Assembly (NCBI GenBank): GCA_951406725.2
Contig: OX597817.1
Location: forward strand, 45,756,001 to 45,820,000
DNA length: 64,000 bases
Source of the DNA: Octopus vulgaris
Lineage: Eukaryota
Direction: 5' to 3'
Shown: positions 52,650-64,000 of the stretch, in pieces
Layout: the number at the start of each line of letters is the position of its first letter
Numbering within the stretch: the first letter of the stretch is position 1
Made by a program: the position numbers and the translations under genes
The notes under the pieces: model-generated
Database searches by the model: none
What the model was told of the DNA's origin: nothing
Seen by the model: the letters and a program-made list of their open reading frames with translations, nothing else

Positions 52650-52909
52650 ATTCTAAGAATTTATAAGAATTAGTTCTGTAATGAATCTCCTGAAATTTAC
52701 AAATGTAAATTAACTTCTTTTCCAATGCAATATCAACTTTGTTTTCGTTTAATAGTGTAGAATCATGTAAATCGATTTGGTAGTTCGATCTCTTAATAGT
52801 TAATCCACTTTCTGGAGATTCTCAATAAATTGTGTAAACTGTTTTGTGAAATGTTACATGTAAAAATCGATATATCTAGTATATAAATTATTATTATTAT
52901 TATTATTAT

Positions 52910-52948
<39 letters not shown>

Positions 52949-53779
52949 ATTTTCTGTAAAGGCGGCGAGCTGGCAGAATCGTTATCAAGCCAGGCAAAAT
53001 GATTAGCGCCCTTTCGTCCGTTTTTACGTTATGAGTTCAAATTCCGCCTAGGTAAATTTTGTCTGTCATTTGTTCGGAGATCGATGAAATAAGTACCAGT
53101 TAAGCAGTGGATTTGATGCAATTGACCAACGCTCTTCCCTGAAATTGCTGGCCTTGTTCAAAATCTAAAACCATTATTATATTATCTGTACCTGTCAATA
53201 TAATTATGCATAAATGTCTTATTAAAATGCGCCATTAGCTACGTCAAGGGAATTAAATATCGTGGATTTTATGAATTGAATACAAATATAAGATTATTAT
53301 TTAACCCCAGGTTTGGTCAAGAACTATTCAGGTCACTGTGGTAAAGGCGTTCTAGTTGGAATCCACCCGTCTTTTTTGAAGAAGGATTGGTTCTTTTTCT
53401 AACACCTGCAAGATCATAATCACCCTCGTTGAAACTATACATATTAGCTATATGTAAAGATATGGATCAGCCACGTATCTCAAAGCTAAGAGTTCAAATG
53501 TTGTCCCTGCCCAAGTTTAATGAAGTGTAGCTTCCTTTGACGGAAGCTAACCATGGTTAAACCGTATAGGTCATAAACAAATATCTAAGTCTCCATCAGA
53601 ATTTGTTTCATTCCTATCTTTTACAACAGGGTAGATAATATTTGTTTATGAAAAATGATCCAAGAAAGGGAATTAAAAACAAATTCGTTAATAACTAAAT
53701 ATTTTTTCGTTCTCCCCTAACAATTTCACAGAAGTACAAGAAATACGCAATTACTGCTTTGCCAAACAATATTCATTAT

Positions 53780-54360
53780 TATACAGTTCTATATTTAAGA
53801 AATTAGGAATTATGTACATTATTTACAATTGATGGATATTTGTCCTCATCTTGTTTGTTGTTAACACAAAGTTTCGGCTAATATACCCTCCAACCTTGGG
53901 TATATTTCTTGGGGAAATTTCGAACTTGGGTTCTAATACGTGTTGTTATTATTATTATTGTTGTTATTATTATTATTCAGGTCACTGCCTGGAATCGAAC
54001 TCGGAATCTTGGGGTAAGTAGATCACGGTCTTAACCACTCCGCCAAATACCCATGGGCAATTATGGGGTGAATTTTAGTGCTTATGAATCTAATATTTTC
54101 CTATCCTTCCTTAATACCGGTTCCCATATGCTGTTCAAATCTTCACTCGGCCTGCTTAGGAAGATATTGTGTCCTAGCTTATATGCTGCTTCTTTTAGTT
54201 TTCGTATTTTCCAGTGGTGTTCTCTGTCTATTATTTTAACTTCATCCCACAGGGGGGTGTGGTATCCATTTTTCCATACCAGATTTATCAATATCTCCTC
54301 GTGTCACTGCTTTGCGATGTTCCTCTATCCGTATTTTGAGGGTGCGGCATGTTTCACCGT
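53780..54360 (-). mobile_element. PLE 3' end: GIY-YIG C-terminus, tRNA-like cassette (53980-54052), (TAA)n, pseudo-LTR with a decayed hammerhead
   Basis: HTPLWDEVKIIDREHHWKIRKLKEAAY...LSRPS..LNSIWEPVL; TGGCGGAGTGG/GAGTTCGATTCC; homologous to 12170-12450. Confidence 0.8.
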
Positions 54361-55413
54361 CAATTGTAAATAATGTAAATATTCACCATATTATCTTTTA
54401 CACTTCTTGAAAACCCACCTCATGTCAGTGCAACCGCAATATTAATACATAATTGGGCCATAAATAACTGTAACCCAATGGGTGTTACTTCTCTGCTAAA
54501 TGAAATTCATTGAAAATTCAAACATAAATTATTACGCTTATTACAATTACTACCTAAAATTTACTCCCACGTTGATTGCATTTCTATTCTGCGATCAACG
54601 GTAGAGAGTAATTAAAACGCGATGATCACGTGGACAATATGGTTTCTGTTCAAATTTATATCAATACAGAAGATGTATTTGTTTAAGACGTTATATATCA
54701 AGTCATTTTCTGATTCATCTCTCCCGCTTCCATATTTAACTTATAATGCAGCATAGCTTTTAATTTCCTTTCCTTTATTTACTTTCTAGCGTTTTTAAGA
54801 CTCCTTTCAGCGTTTCCTCTTCTATTATATCACCATAATCCGATTAAGCTTCTTATTTTCTCAAATGTATTCCCCACCATTGGCCACCATTTCATCCTAC
54901 TTTATTATCTTTCGGATTTTCCACCTATTTCTCTCCCTCGTTTAAACATAATGATTTTTTTTCGTCTCCTGTTTACTTTCGTAGAAATGCTCTCTCTCTC
55001 TCACTCTCTCTCTCTTTCACTCTCTCTCTCTCTATCTCACTCTTTCTCTCTCTCTCTCTCTCTTTCTTTCTATTTGTCATCTAAATCCATCTGAGCTGAA
55101 AATATTAACGATCCCCCCCTCTCTCTCTCTCCTTCACTACTTTATCCGTCATTCTATCACTTGTTCTCGCTGTTACTCGCCATCTCTTATCTTATATTTA
55201 TTTTTTGCATAACATTTCAATCTCCATCTAGTTACTCTTTCCGATTTTTTCCCTTCTTCCCTGTCAGTCTCTATAACAACATTAATTGTTCATTCTCTTC
55301 ATCTCTTTCCTTCTCAATCAGTCCCGCTCTGTCTATCCCCCAACCCAACTCCTGAACTGCATAGATACATACATTCACACATACACACGCCTGCATATAT
55401 ATGCTTATGTTTA

Positions 55414-55463
<50 letters not shown>

Positions 55464-55723
55464 ATGTGTGTGCGTATGTGTGTATGTGTGTGTATGTAAG
55501 TATATAATTATATATATATATATATATAGAGATAGATAGATAGATAGATAGTTAGATATATAGAGAAAGATATATAAGTACATATGTATGCATACGTGTG
55601 TATGTGTATATGTATGCATATATATATATGTGTGTGTGTGTGTATGGATGGATAGATAGATAGACGGATATGCATATGTATACACACATACATACACACA
55701 AACACACAAATAAATATATTTAA

Positions 55724-55761
<38 letters not shown>

Positions 55762-56338
55762 CTTCAATGAATACCCAAAAAGCCATCTATACCTGGATGT
55801 AACACTCAGCAAGAACTCCCTACTCAAATAGACCATGATGCTACAAATCTTGATTCAGAAATGACTTAGCCAATCCTATCAGTTAATGCTATTAAGTTAG
55901 ACATGGTTTGGACCAAACTTTGGTTAACACATATCTAAGTTATATGCACATATACACATATACACACATACACACACAACCCAACACAACCCCTCCACAC
56001 ACACCCATGTAATGGTTTTCCCTCCCAATTTCTCCCCAAAATTAAAATTGATTTCTTTCTGCAGCGCACTATAACTCTATTATATATTGTTCATTTCAAA
56101 TATTCACTAGTTGTGATAGAATATCCATATCATTATTATTTCATTACAGCTCTTAGAAGAAAACTAATGTTCTTGGGCCTCAAACACGTACAGCATAACG
56201 AACGGTACAGCACCATCACAGAAGACAGGCGACAGACATAGTACCACGCGCACGCTCTACGCATTCTTAAATGCATGTATATTTGTGTGTGCCTATGTGT
56301 GATTGTGCACGTGTGTCTGCATATAAATATATATATAT

Positions 56339-56426
<88 letters not shown>

Positions 56427-56830
56427 GTATTTATACATATATATATAAATATATGTGTGGGTACATACATGCTTATATATGCATATACATATATGTGTGC
56501 GTTTGTGTGTATATGTGTGTGTGTGTATTTGTGTGTGAAAATGAGAACTCCTAGGTTTTGTTACTCACAAAAGAAAATTCCAAGAATATTTGAGTATTCG
56601 ATGATTCAAAATCTTTCAATTTATAGAAGCTTACAATAACAGTTAAAATCCTACGTTCTTTATAGCATGCTTCGATTCACTTGATCCCCTTACATTATTT
56701 CCACACTCACGTGGTTGAAGGATTGCACCAATAAGGCGAATCCATCCTTTATATCTTCCTTAGTCTTTTACACGTAAGTTTCATGCTGTGCTATCATAAA
56801 TCCCCTTTCGTGTCCCGTTTCGAAACATTT

Positions 56831-57255
56831 TCACTATTCATTCTCTCTGTGTCAGGTAAAAGTAAGGATGTAGGGTTTTCTGATACCTGGCGAGAGTTAC
56901 AGCAAATTCATGGAGGGCGTCGCAAAAAAAAAAGTTAAACTGGTTAAATGGTGTCGGTTACATGAAAGCCCACCTACCATAATGGATTATGAGAGACTAA
57001 AAAGAAAAATTCAATTGTAATTTTTGTGAAATTCATTTACGAGAAAAGAAAAGAAAATGTCGAAATGTAACCATTCGACTTCGGGGGGCGAGTGGGCATT
57101 GCGCCTCATTTATATCTTTCGATATTTTCCTTCGTTTTCCTTAATTTTTTCGTCTTAATTCATCTTTTTGTATTTTAAGTTCCTCGAGTTTATGTTTGTC
57201 TTGTTTTGTATTGTCCCATTCCGTGTATAGCCCCTTGTGGGTAATAAAAAAAAAT
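56831..57255 (+). mobile_element. Possible LINE 3' UTR fragment sharing its terminus with SINE family B
   Basis: Ends tgtcttgttttgtattgtccc...tagccccttgtgggtaataaaaaaaaa; 17-bp direct repeat ccc(g/c)tttcgaaacattt at 56814 and 57258. Confidence 0.5.
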
Positions 57256-59295
57256 CACCCCTTTCGAAACATTTATTTATAATCACAGCATATATCCATG
57301 AAATTGTACCACAAATTTATATCCTCCCAAGAATATTCATCAGTCGTCCACATCACAAAATACTGCGTTAGGATATTTTCTATAGAAGGCAGATTGGATA
57401 ACTACACTGTTAGAAAACGCCACGAAGCTGATTGCTTAATATAATGTAGATTGGAATATAACAGAGAAACTGAGAACAGTACAACATTTGTAATGCAAGC
57501 AAATTAAACCATATACAGTTGATATTCGGTGGCATATTGACTGTTTGCTGAGATCCAATATGATGCAACTAACAATAAGGCGGTGGGTGTATTCTAAATT
57601 TGTTTCTAGCACTATAATATATGGTCGTATTAAACAGAAGGTTAATTACCATCTTCGTAAAAACACAGCACGTGTACACACATTCTGTAATCTGTACTGT
57701 TGGTTTCAACGCTCACTTCTTGCACCAAGAAGTTTTTCCCTAAAGTTGGAAATCTGTAAGCTTCTAATGAAGCTCCAGCTGAAAAATCAAGCATAATTAA
57801 TTACTTTGCCCGACAGGCTCTCCAAAGTGTCACTAGAACAAAATAGTTGCGAATTGCATAAAGATGAATATAGCTAAGCACAGACATACACACGTATACT
57901 TTAAAGGATTTTATATCTTTTAACACAGAGAAGACGTCACATACATACACAGAAGGTTATTGAAATGTAAACTTCAGTCACTCAGAGACTAGAAATTGTT
58001 TCTTTGCAAACAGAGACAGAAAAACGCTATTGAGATTAAACATATAGAACAAGGAAAATACGATAAATATTCAGTTTAGATATCACTTCTTAGCGACGGA
58101 CATGTATGCATTTATAATACTCGATTCATTATGAAGAGATATTTAATCGCAATGGTATCTCTGTGCAATAAAAAGTTTCGTAAGGGCCTTGGCTTGCGCC
58201 ATTGAATCATCAGATGTTTAACTGTGATCGACCAACATGGTATATAAGGTTAGGTAGTTGTCGTGTATACCGCAGGGCGATGGTCGCATGAGATCATCTT
58301 GATGATATGTCGATTCTATGTATTCCCAGCTGTAGAAGGCAGGTTGGATAACTACACTGATAGAAAACGCCACGAAGCTGACTGCTTAAGATGGTTTATC
58401 ACACAAAATACTGCTTCGTAGGTGATGTATCCAAAAGGTTTACATGCGACTATCCAACGGGATACACTATAGTCACCTGTTCTAGCATAGATATGGTAGG
58501 TGATCAAACTGTATTGCTCAGGACCGGTGCTGTTCCAAGACTCATTGCTAAATTAACCAGGGCCTGCAAATTACTCACATGCATTCATGGCTGCAGATGA
58601 AATATAGTCTATGTATTTTCTGAGATGCCTTGCCTTCTTGCCTGTTTCTGATTGAGCAGAGGCATTGCTAACCAATACAGCCAACGAGAGCGAGGTGTGA
58701 GCAGGTATAAATTACCCATATACTTACAACTCCTGTAAATATTCCTGTCTCAGGCGCATTCCATGACCTTCTGTGGGAAAGTGTCCCTATAAGCATCTTC
58801 AGTTATGTATATATACAGATAAGCACATGTCATTAGAAACACATACGTAACGAACAAATACGTTTTCCTACTTGTATTTATCTTTCAACCTACATAAAGT
58901 TCAACTGTCACACGAACGAAAATCAAATATATTTCTGAGCAAAAACCCAATAAATTACGAATGGCAATAATAATTTTTTTAATGACCAGAATTTAAATAA
59001 GAAATTAAAATAAAATCCGTCTTTACTATCAGCTCAATTATCAATTAAGCGGACAGATGGTGTTTGAAGCTAGATAGAAGTGAGAGAAAATATCGAGGAA
59101 GGTTATAAATGACAGCAAACATACAGCGTGATTCTAGTTTGATGTTTTGAACCAATTATAAGAGTAGTCAAGCCGTAACTTGTTTAGGAGGAATGGTTCG
59201 CGATAAAAAATAACTCATAATACTAAAAGACGGTTACAAACATATTGAAGTTATACGCACACATGTCCACACCTATACCATTAAATATTTGTGTA

Positions 59296-59353
<58 letters not shown>

Positions 59354-60061
59354 CAGCGAATAGTAGTTTATATTAGACTTGACTGTTGATGGCAACGTCT
59401 TCCTCCATAGGTTAGTACAAACAGCAAATTTCTCAAGATTTCAAATCACTAGTGTACTTCATAAGCAGCAATTAAAAAAAAACAGAAAGATTTGCTCATT
59501 ATTTTGAACGTGCTACTTGATTTTATGAATGATAAACGTGCTATTTCCTATGTAAACATATTACGATCGTTTGTATCTTGTTTTGCTTTTAATGCTATAG
59601 AGTTCAAGAATATATCCTTCATTAAAAAAAGAAATGCCTATATTCCTTCATTTCGAAGCGGTAAAATTTTCTTTGCAAACACCCAACTGTATGCTTTATC
59701 CTTTTTCTATAAATAAATATATTTTTCATCTACACAGATGTATATTTTTATGCTTGTCATAAACTGACTTTATAATTTGCCTCACCAACTTTAACCGACA
59801 TTTCATTCAAAGTTCCTATTTTCAGTAACACTGTTCTCATTGCCATCCAATAAAATTTCTCCATTTCATTTGATCTAAACATCGTTTGTTATAACGTTCG
59901 CATATTTTCATTTTGTGTTTATTATATTGCATATTTATTACACATTACATGTATTATTATCGTTCGAATATCGTCAAAGAGAAACACTTCTTAAAGTTTT
60001 GTGAAATTTTAACGTCATATATATATGTATATATATATATGACGTTAAAAAGAAGCCCATC

Positions 60062-60101
<40 letters not shown>

Positions 60102-60103
<2 letters not shown>

Positions 60104-60492
60104 TAGCAGTAACGTCCGGCTTTGCTCGGGTTTGTTTCAACCCTTTACAATTGGAATTTCTGAAAAGAAAAAAATTACGCAGCATTACATAGTTTGTTAT
60201 TCTCTTTAGGGGAACATTTTTCTGGTTGAAATACACCGTAAAATAGCGACACAGCAGTGAAACAATCGTAAAAAATAGGGATGTTTCATAGAAAAAAAGC
60301 ACATTTTTTATGTGAATAATTTTTGGTGCTAACATAGTCCGATTTGAATTTTATCTCCTATAAAATGAAGAGCAAGCCTTCTCCTCTCATACTCTCAATT
60401 TCGGTCAACTTGCGTCGCAGGATCTCGGAGGAGATAGTTTTAGTTGAAGGCTACCAAACCTGCCACACACAAACAATTTCAGCTTTATATAT
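60102..60492 (+). mobile_element. Non-autonomous Helitron-like element in (TA)n
   Basis: Begins actagcagtaacgtccggctttgctcggg (ACTAG plus GC hairpin) and ends acacacaaacaatttcagctttatatat; layout resembles known small Helitron derivatives. Confidence 0.45.
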
Positions 60493-63035
60493 CTGCCAAT
60501 GTCAGATGGCCCGAGGGCCTTTCTCTCCCAGGAATGACACGATGCGAACGAGGACAGGCGAGGTCCCTCCTGAACTTCATCAACACTCTGTACATGGAGC
60601 AAATAATACTCCAACCAACCAGGGCAGGTAACATACTGGTTCTCTACTTCACAAATAATATGGATCTCATCCATAATGTGAAATTGACACCGACACTACT
60701 CTCGGATCACAACATGGTAGAGCTGACCATGTACGGGCCAAAGGAAAGCATGGACATGCAGTCTACAAGAAACTCTCAGAATCTTTCCAGCTTGAACTTC
60801 CATAAGGGTAACTGGAAACAAATTGAGAAAGAGATCCTCAAACAAAACTGGCCTGAATGTCTCTCCTCGCCAGACATCGACATGAAACTTCAACAATTCA
60901 TGTCTGTAATGCAAGCCATATACTACAAATGTGTCCTAGAGAGAAAGGCCACTGTACACAAGAACAAAATCCCCAGAGAGAGAAAAATTCTAATGAGACG
61001 GCGTACAAAAGTTTCAAATCGCCTAAACAAACAAATTGAGAGCAGTGAAAAGTCCCGCCCGAAAATAAAACTGTTGGAAATTGAAAAATGTCTGCAAATC
61101 TTCCATGAAAAAGAAAGAGCAGACAAAGAAGCCTGGGCTATAGACAACATAAAATCTAAACCCAGAGCTTTCTACAAGTATGCCAAAGAAACAGCTACGG
61201 TGCACTGTTGGATAAGGCCACTCCTTGAAAAGTATGGCATACTCACAGGAAATCCAATGAAGATAAGAGAAATACTAAATGAGCAATTCAAGAGTATTTT
61301 CACTCCAACCCTAGGGAATTTTCAAGTCAGCAATCCAACTGACTTCTTTACCACTGCAGATATAAAATCGGAGGCAGCGATGATTGATTACATCAATATA
61401 AAGGAAGACGATGCTATAAAGGCTATAGATGAAATGAAAACAAACTCAGCTACTGGCCCCGATGGATTCCCAGCAATCCTTCTAAAAGTATGTAAACGAG
61501 TCCTAGCAAGACCACTGCAGTTCCTCTTTCAGAGCTTCCTTTCAACTGGCAAACTTCCAAGAAAACTGAAGGAAGGTAAAATATGCCATATTCATAAAGG
61601 AGGTAGCAGAGCAGAGGCCAAGAACTACAGACCTATCTCTGTGACCTCACACATCAGCAAGGTCATGGAAAGAATAGTCAGAAGGTAAATAATCACCTTC
61701 CTTGAAGAAAATAACTTGCTGCCTGACACCCAACATGGTTTCTGACCAGGAAGAAGCTGCTTAACTCAGCTCCTACAACACTATGACTAGGTGCTGAAAC
61801 GACTGCTCAACCACTCAAATGTGGAAGTCATATAAGGCCTTTGATAAAGTCGATCATGGAATGATATGTCACAAACTGCGTGATCGTAGCATAGTTGGAA
61901 AATTGGGAGAATGGCTTCATAACACGCAAATAGTGAGCGGTGCTCCGCAAGGCACTGTTTTGGGACCACTACTGTTCATAACGGCCCTCTCAGACATGCC
62001 CTCAGCCACGCAGAGAGCTACGATCACAAGTTATGCAGATGATACAAAAGTTTCACAGGCAAAACAGAACCCTGAAGACACTATGCACCTGCAATGTGAC
62101 CTGGACAAAATATACAAGTGGGCTAAAAAGAATAGCATGCAGTTCAATGCTGAAAAGTTTCAAGCTTTATACTATCAGCATGCAAAACTAAATGCAATAC
62201 CCAATAAATACACTAGACCTGGAGGGATTACAATCCCAGAGGCACAATCAGTGCGAGACCTGGGTATTTATATGAGTGATGATGCACGCGTTCATGTGCA
62301 TGTTGCTATGAAATTGGCAATGAAATGTAGGCGACTGACCGAATGGATTCTTAGAACCTTTAGAACAAGAGACCTGGAAACCATGATGGTCCTCTGGAGG
62401 ATACCTGTCCTAAGCCACTTTGACTATTGCTCTCAGCTATGGTCACCATCCAGTGTCAAGTTAATCACAGAACTTGAGGCGATCCAACGAAGCTACACGA
62501 AGAAGATGGCCTCTGTGCAGCATATAAGCTACTGGGAAATGCTCAAGAGATTAAGACTCTATTCCTTAGAGCGTAGGCGAGAAAGATATGCCATAATATA
62601 TATCTGGAAGATCCTAGAAGGACGTGTCCCAAACTTTCGCCTCGAGAGTTACACAAATGCTAGACCTGGGCGCCACTGCATAGTGCCAAGGACTCCAAAT
62701 TTGCCATCAAGATGTAGGACAAGATACTGTGATAGCCTGGGATTCCGAGGCCCACAGCTCTTCACTATCCTCCCGAAGAACCTGAGAGACCTGCATGGGA
62801 TGGATGCAGATGTCTTTAAAATAAAACTGTATCTCTTCCTGTCAGGAGTCCCAGATGAACCAACTTCACGGCAGGAGGTGCAGATGAGGGCAGCTGCATC
62901 GAACTCTCTCATGCACCAAATGGCAATTGCTTAAAAGCATTCGTGAATTAAAATCATGTAGTAACACCAAATGGCGGTGCCTCAGCATGACCACAGTTTG
63001 TGAGCTGAAACTAGGTAAAATAAAAAATAAAAAAA
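60493..63035 (+). pseudogene. 5'-truncated CR1/L2-group LINE ORF2 (end of APE endonuclease plus RT), with stops and deletions
   Basis: QPTRAGNILVL (APE end), ATGPDG, NYRPIS..S..SKVMERIV, KAFDKVDH, SGAPQGTVLGPLLF, YADD, RDLGI; stops near 61686, 61743 and 61788; tail ggcggtgcctcagcatgacc...taaaaaat. Confidence 0.95.
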
Positions 63036-63063
63036 TATATATGACGTTAAAAAGAAGCCCCTC

Positions 63064-63123
<60 letters not shown>

Positions 63124-63129
<6 letters not shown>

Positions 63130-64000
63130 ACTCTATCTTCACTAATTAAAACCCATGAAAAGGAACTAACAACCAAAGAGATTGACTTTCTAACAAACTT
63201 TAAATGCAAACCTAGCCTTTTCTATGGTCTGCCAAAAATTCATAAAAGCCAAATTATAAATGAAACCATTAAAAAAATCACCAAAGACATACTTACACAC
63301 ACCTAACCCGGGGGACCTAAAACTACGACCGATTGTACATGGCCCAACCTGTGAAACACACAGACTAAGTCTATTTATGGACATCCTCCTGAAACCCTTC
63401 CTTAAACATATCGATAGCCATATCAGAGATGACTTAGATATGTTAAACCACCTTCCAAAAAAGCCAAGGAAGAAACAATCCTGGTTTCATTTGATGTAGT
63501 TAACTTATATACCAGTATACCTCATAATTATGGACTAGAGGCACTACAGTTCTGGCTGGACCAATTTCCGGAAGAAATACCAAAAAGGATCAGTAAAGAA
63601 TTCATTACTAAATCAATTGAATTCATCCTACATAATAACCACTTCATGTTTGACAATACATTTTACCGTCAAAAATCCGGGATTGCTATGGGTACAAGGG
63701 CAGCACCAGTCATTGCGAACCTAACAATAGGCTACCTGGAAATAATCATTTACCAGGAATCTTTATCAATCTTTGGAAACCCCCTTTCTCAATACATAAA
63801 AGAGAATTGGAAACGATTCTCAGACGATTGTTTTATACTCTGGAATGAAAACACAGATAAACTCTTAAAATTCAAAAACCTATTGAACAGCTTAAACCCA
63901 AATATACAGCTCACAATGGCTTACAACAAAAAGAAGCTCCCATTCCTGGATATACTAATTAAAAAAAATAACCTTAAAATAGAAACAGACATTTTTTACA
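63124..64000 (+). pseudogene. Penelope-like element RT, 5'-truncated and frameshifted; continues beyond the window
   Basis: FYGLPKIHK, LRPIV, VSFDVVNLYTSIP, FYRQKSGIAMG, WKRFSDDCF, LPFLD; starts directly after (TA)n. Confidence 0.93.

Noticed and set aside
60444-62934. Active LINE or host gene from the 414-aa and 371-aa ORFs
   Set aside because: 5'-truncated, with three stops between the ORFs and deletions inside RT; the first ~16 codons come from an unrelated upstream element

Overview
AT-rich, repeat-saturated eukaryotic DNA. The SINE set resembles that of coleoid cephalopods, probably Octopus (inference). I recognise no host protein-coding gene, and most ORF-track entries are translated microsatellites. 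The window is built from decayed mobile elements: R4/Dong-clade LINEs in (TAA)n, CR1/L2-group LINEs, Penelope-like elements (PLEs), mariner and hAT-type MITEs, a Helitron-like element, foldback elements and many tRNA-derived SINEs. The strongest signal is a non-coding ~549-bp unit in tandem and inverted arrays (3267-4921, 7731-9551) inserted in (TA)n. Each unit carries a minimal type-I hammerhead-like motif (CTGATGA...GAAAC-GTAC-GTT), making it a candidate retrozyme/circular-RNA element mobilised by PLEs. Other notable items: a PLE family whose 3' region joins a tRNA-derived Pol III cassette to (TAA)n and a hammerhead; SINE dimers with the same junction at two loci; a twin-priming-type inversion of a Dong element; a LINE-PLE fusion; and a perfect 46-bp palindrome joined to an 18S rRNA fragment. 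Coordinates were read by eye, so boundaries are approximate.
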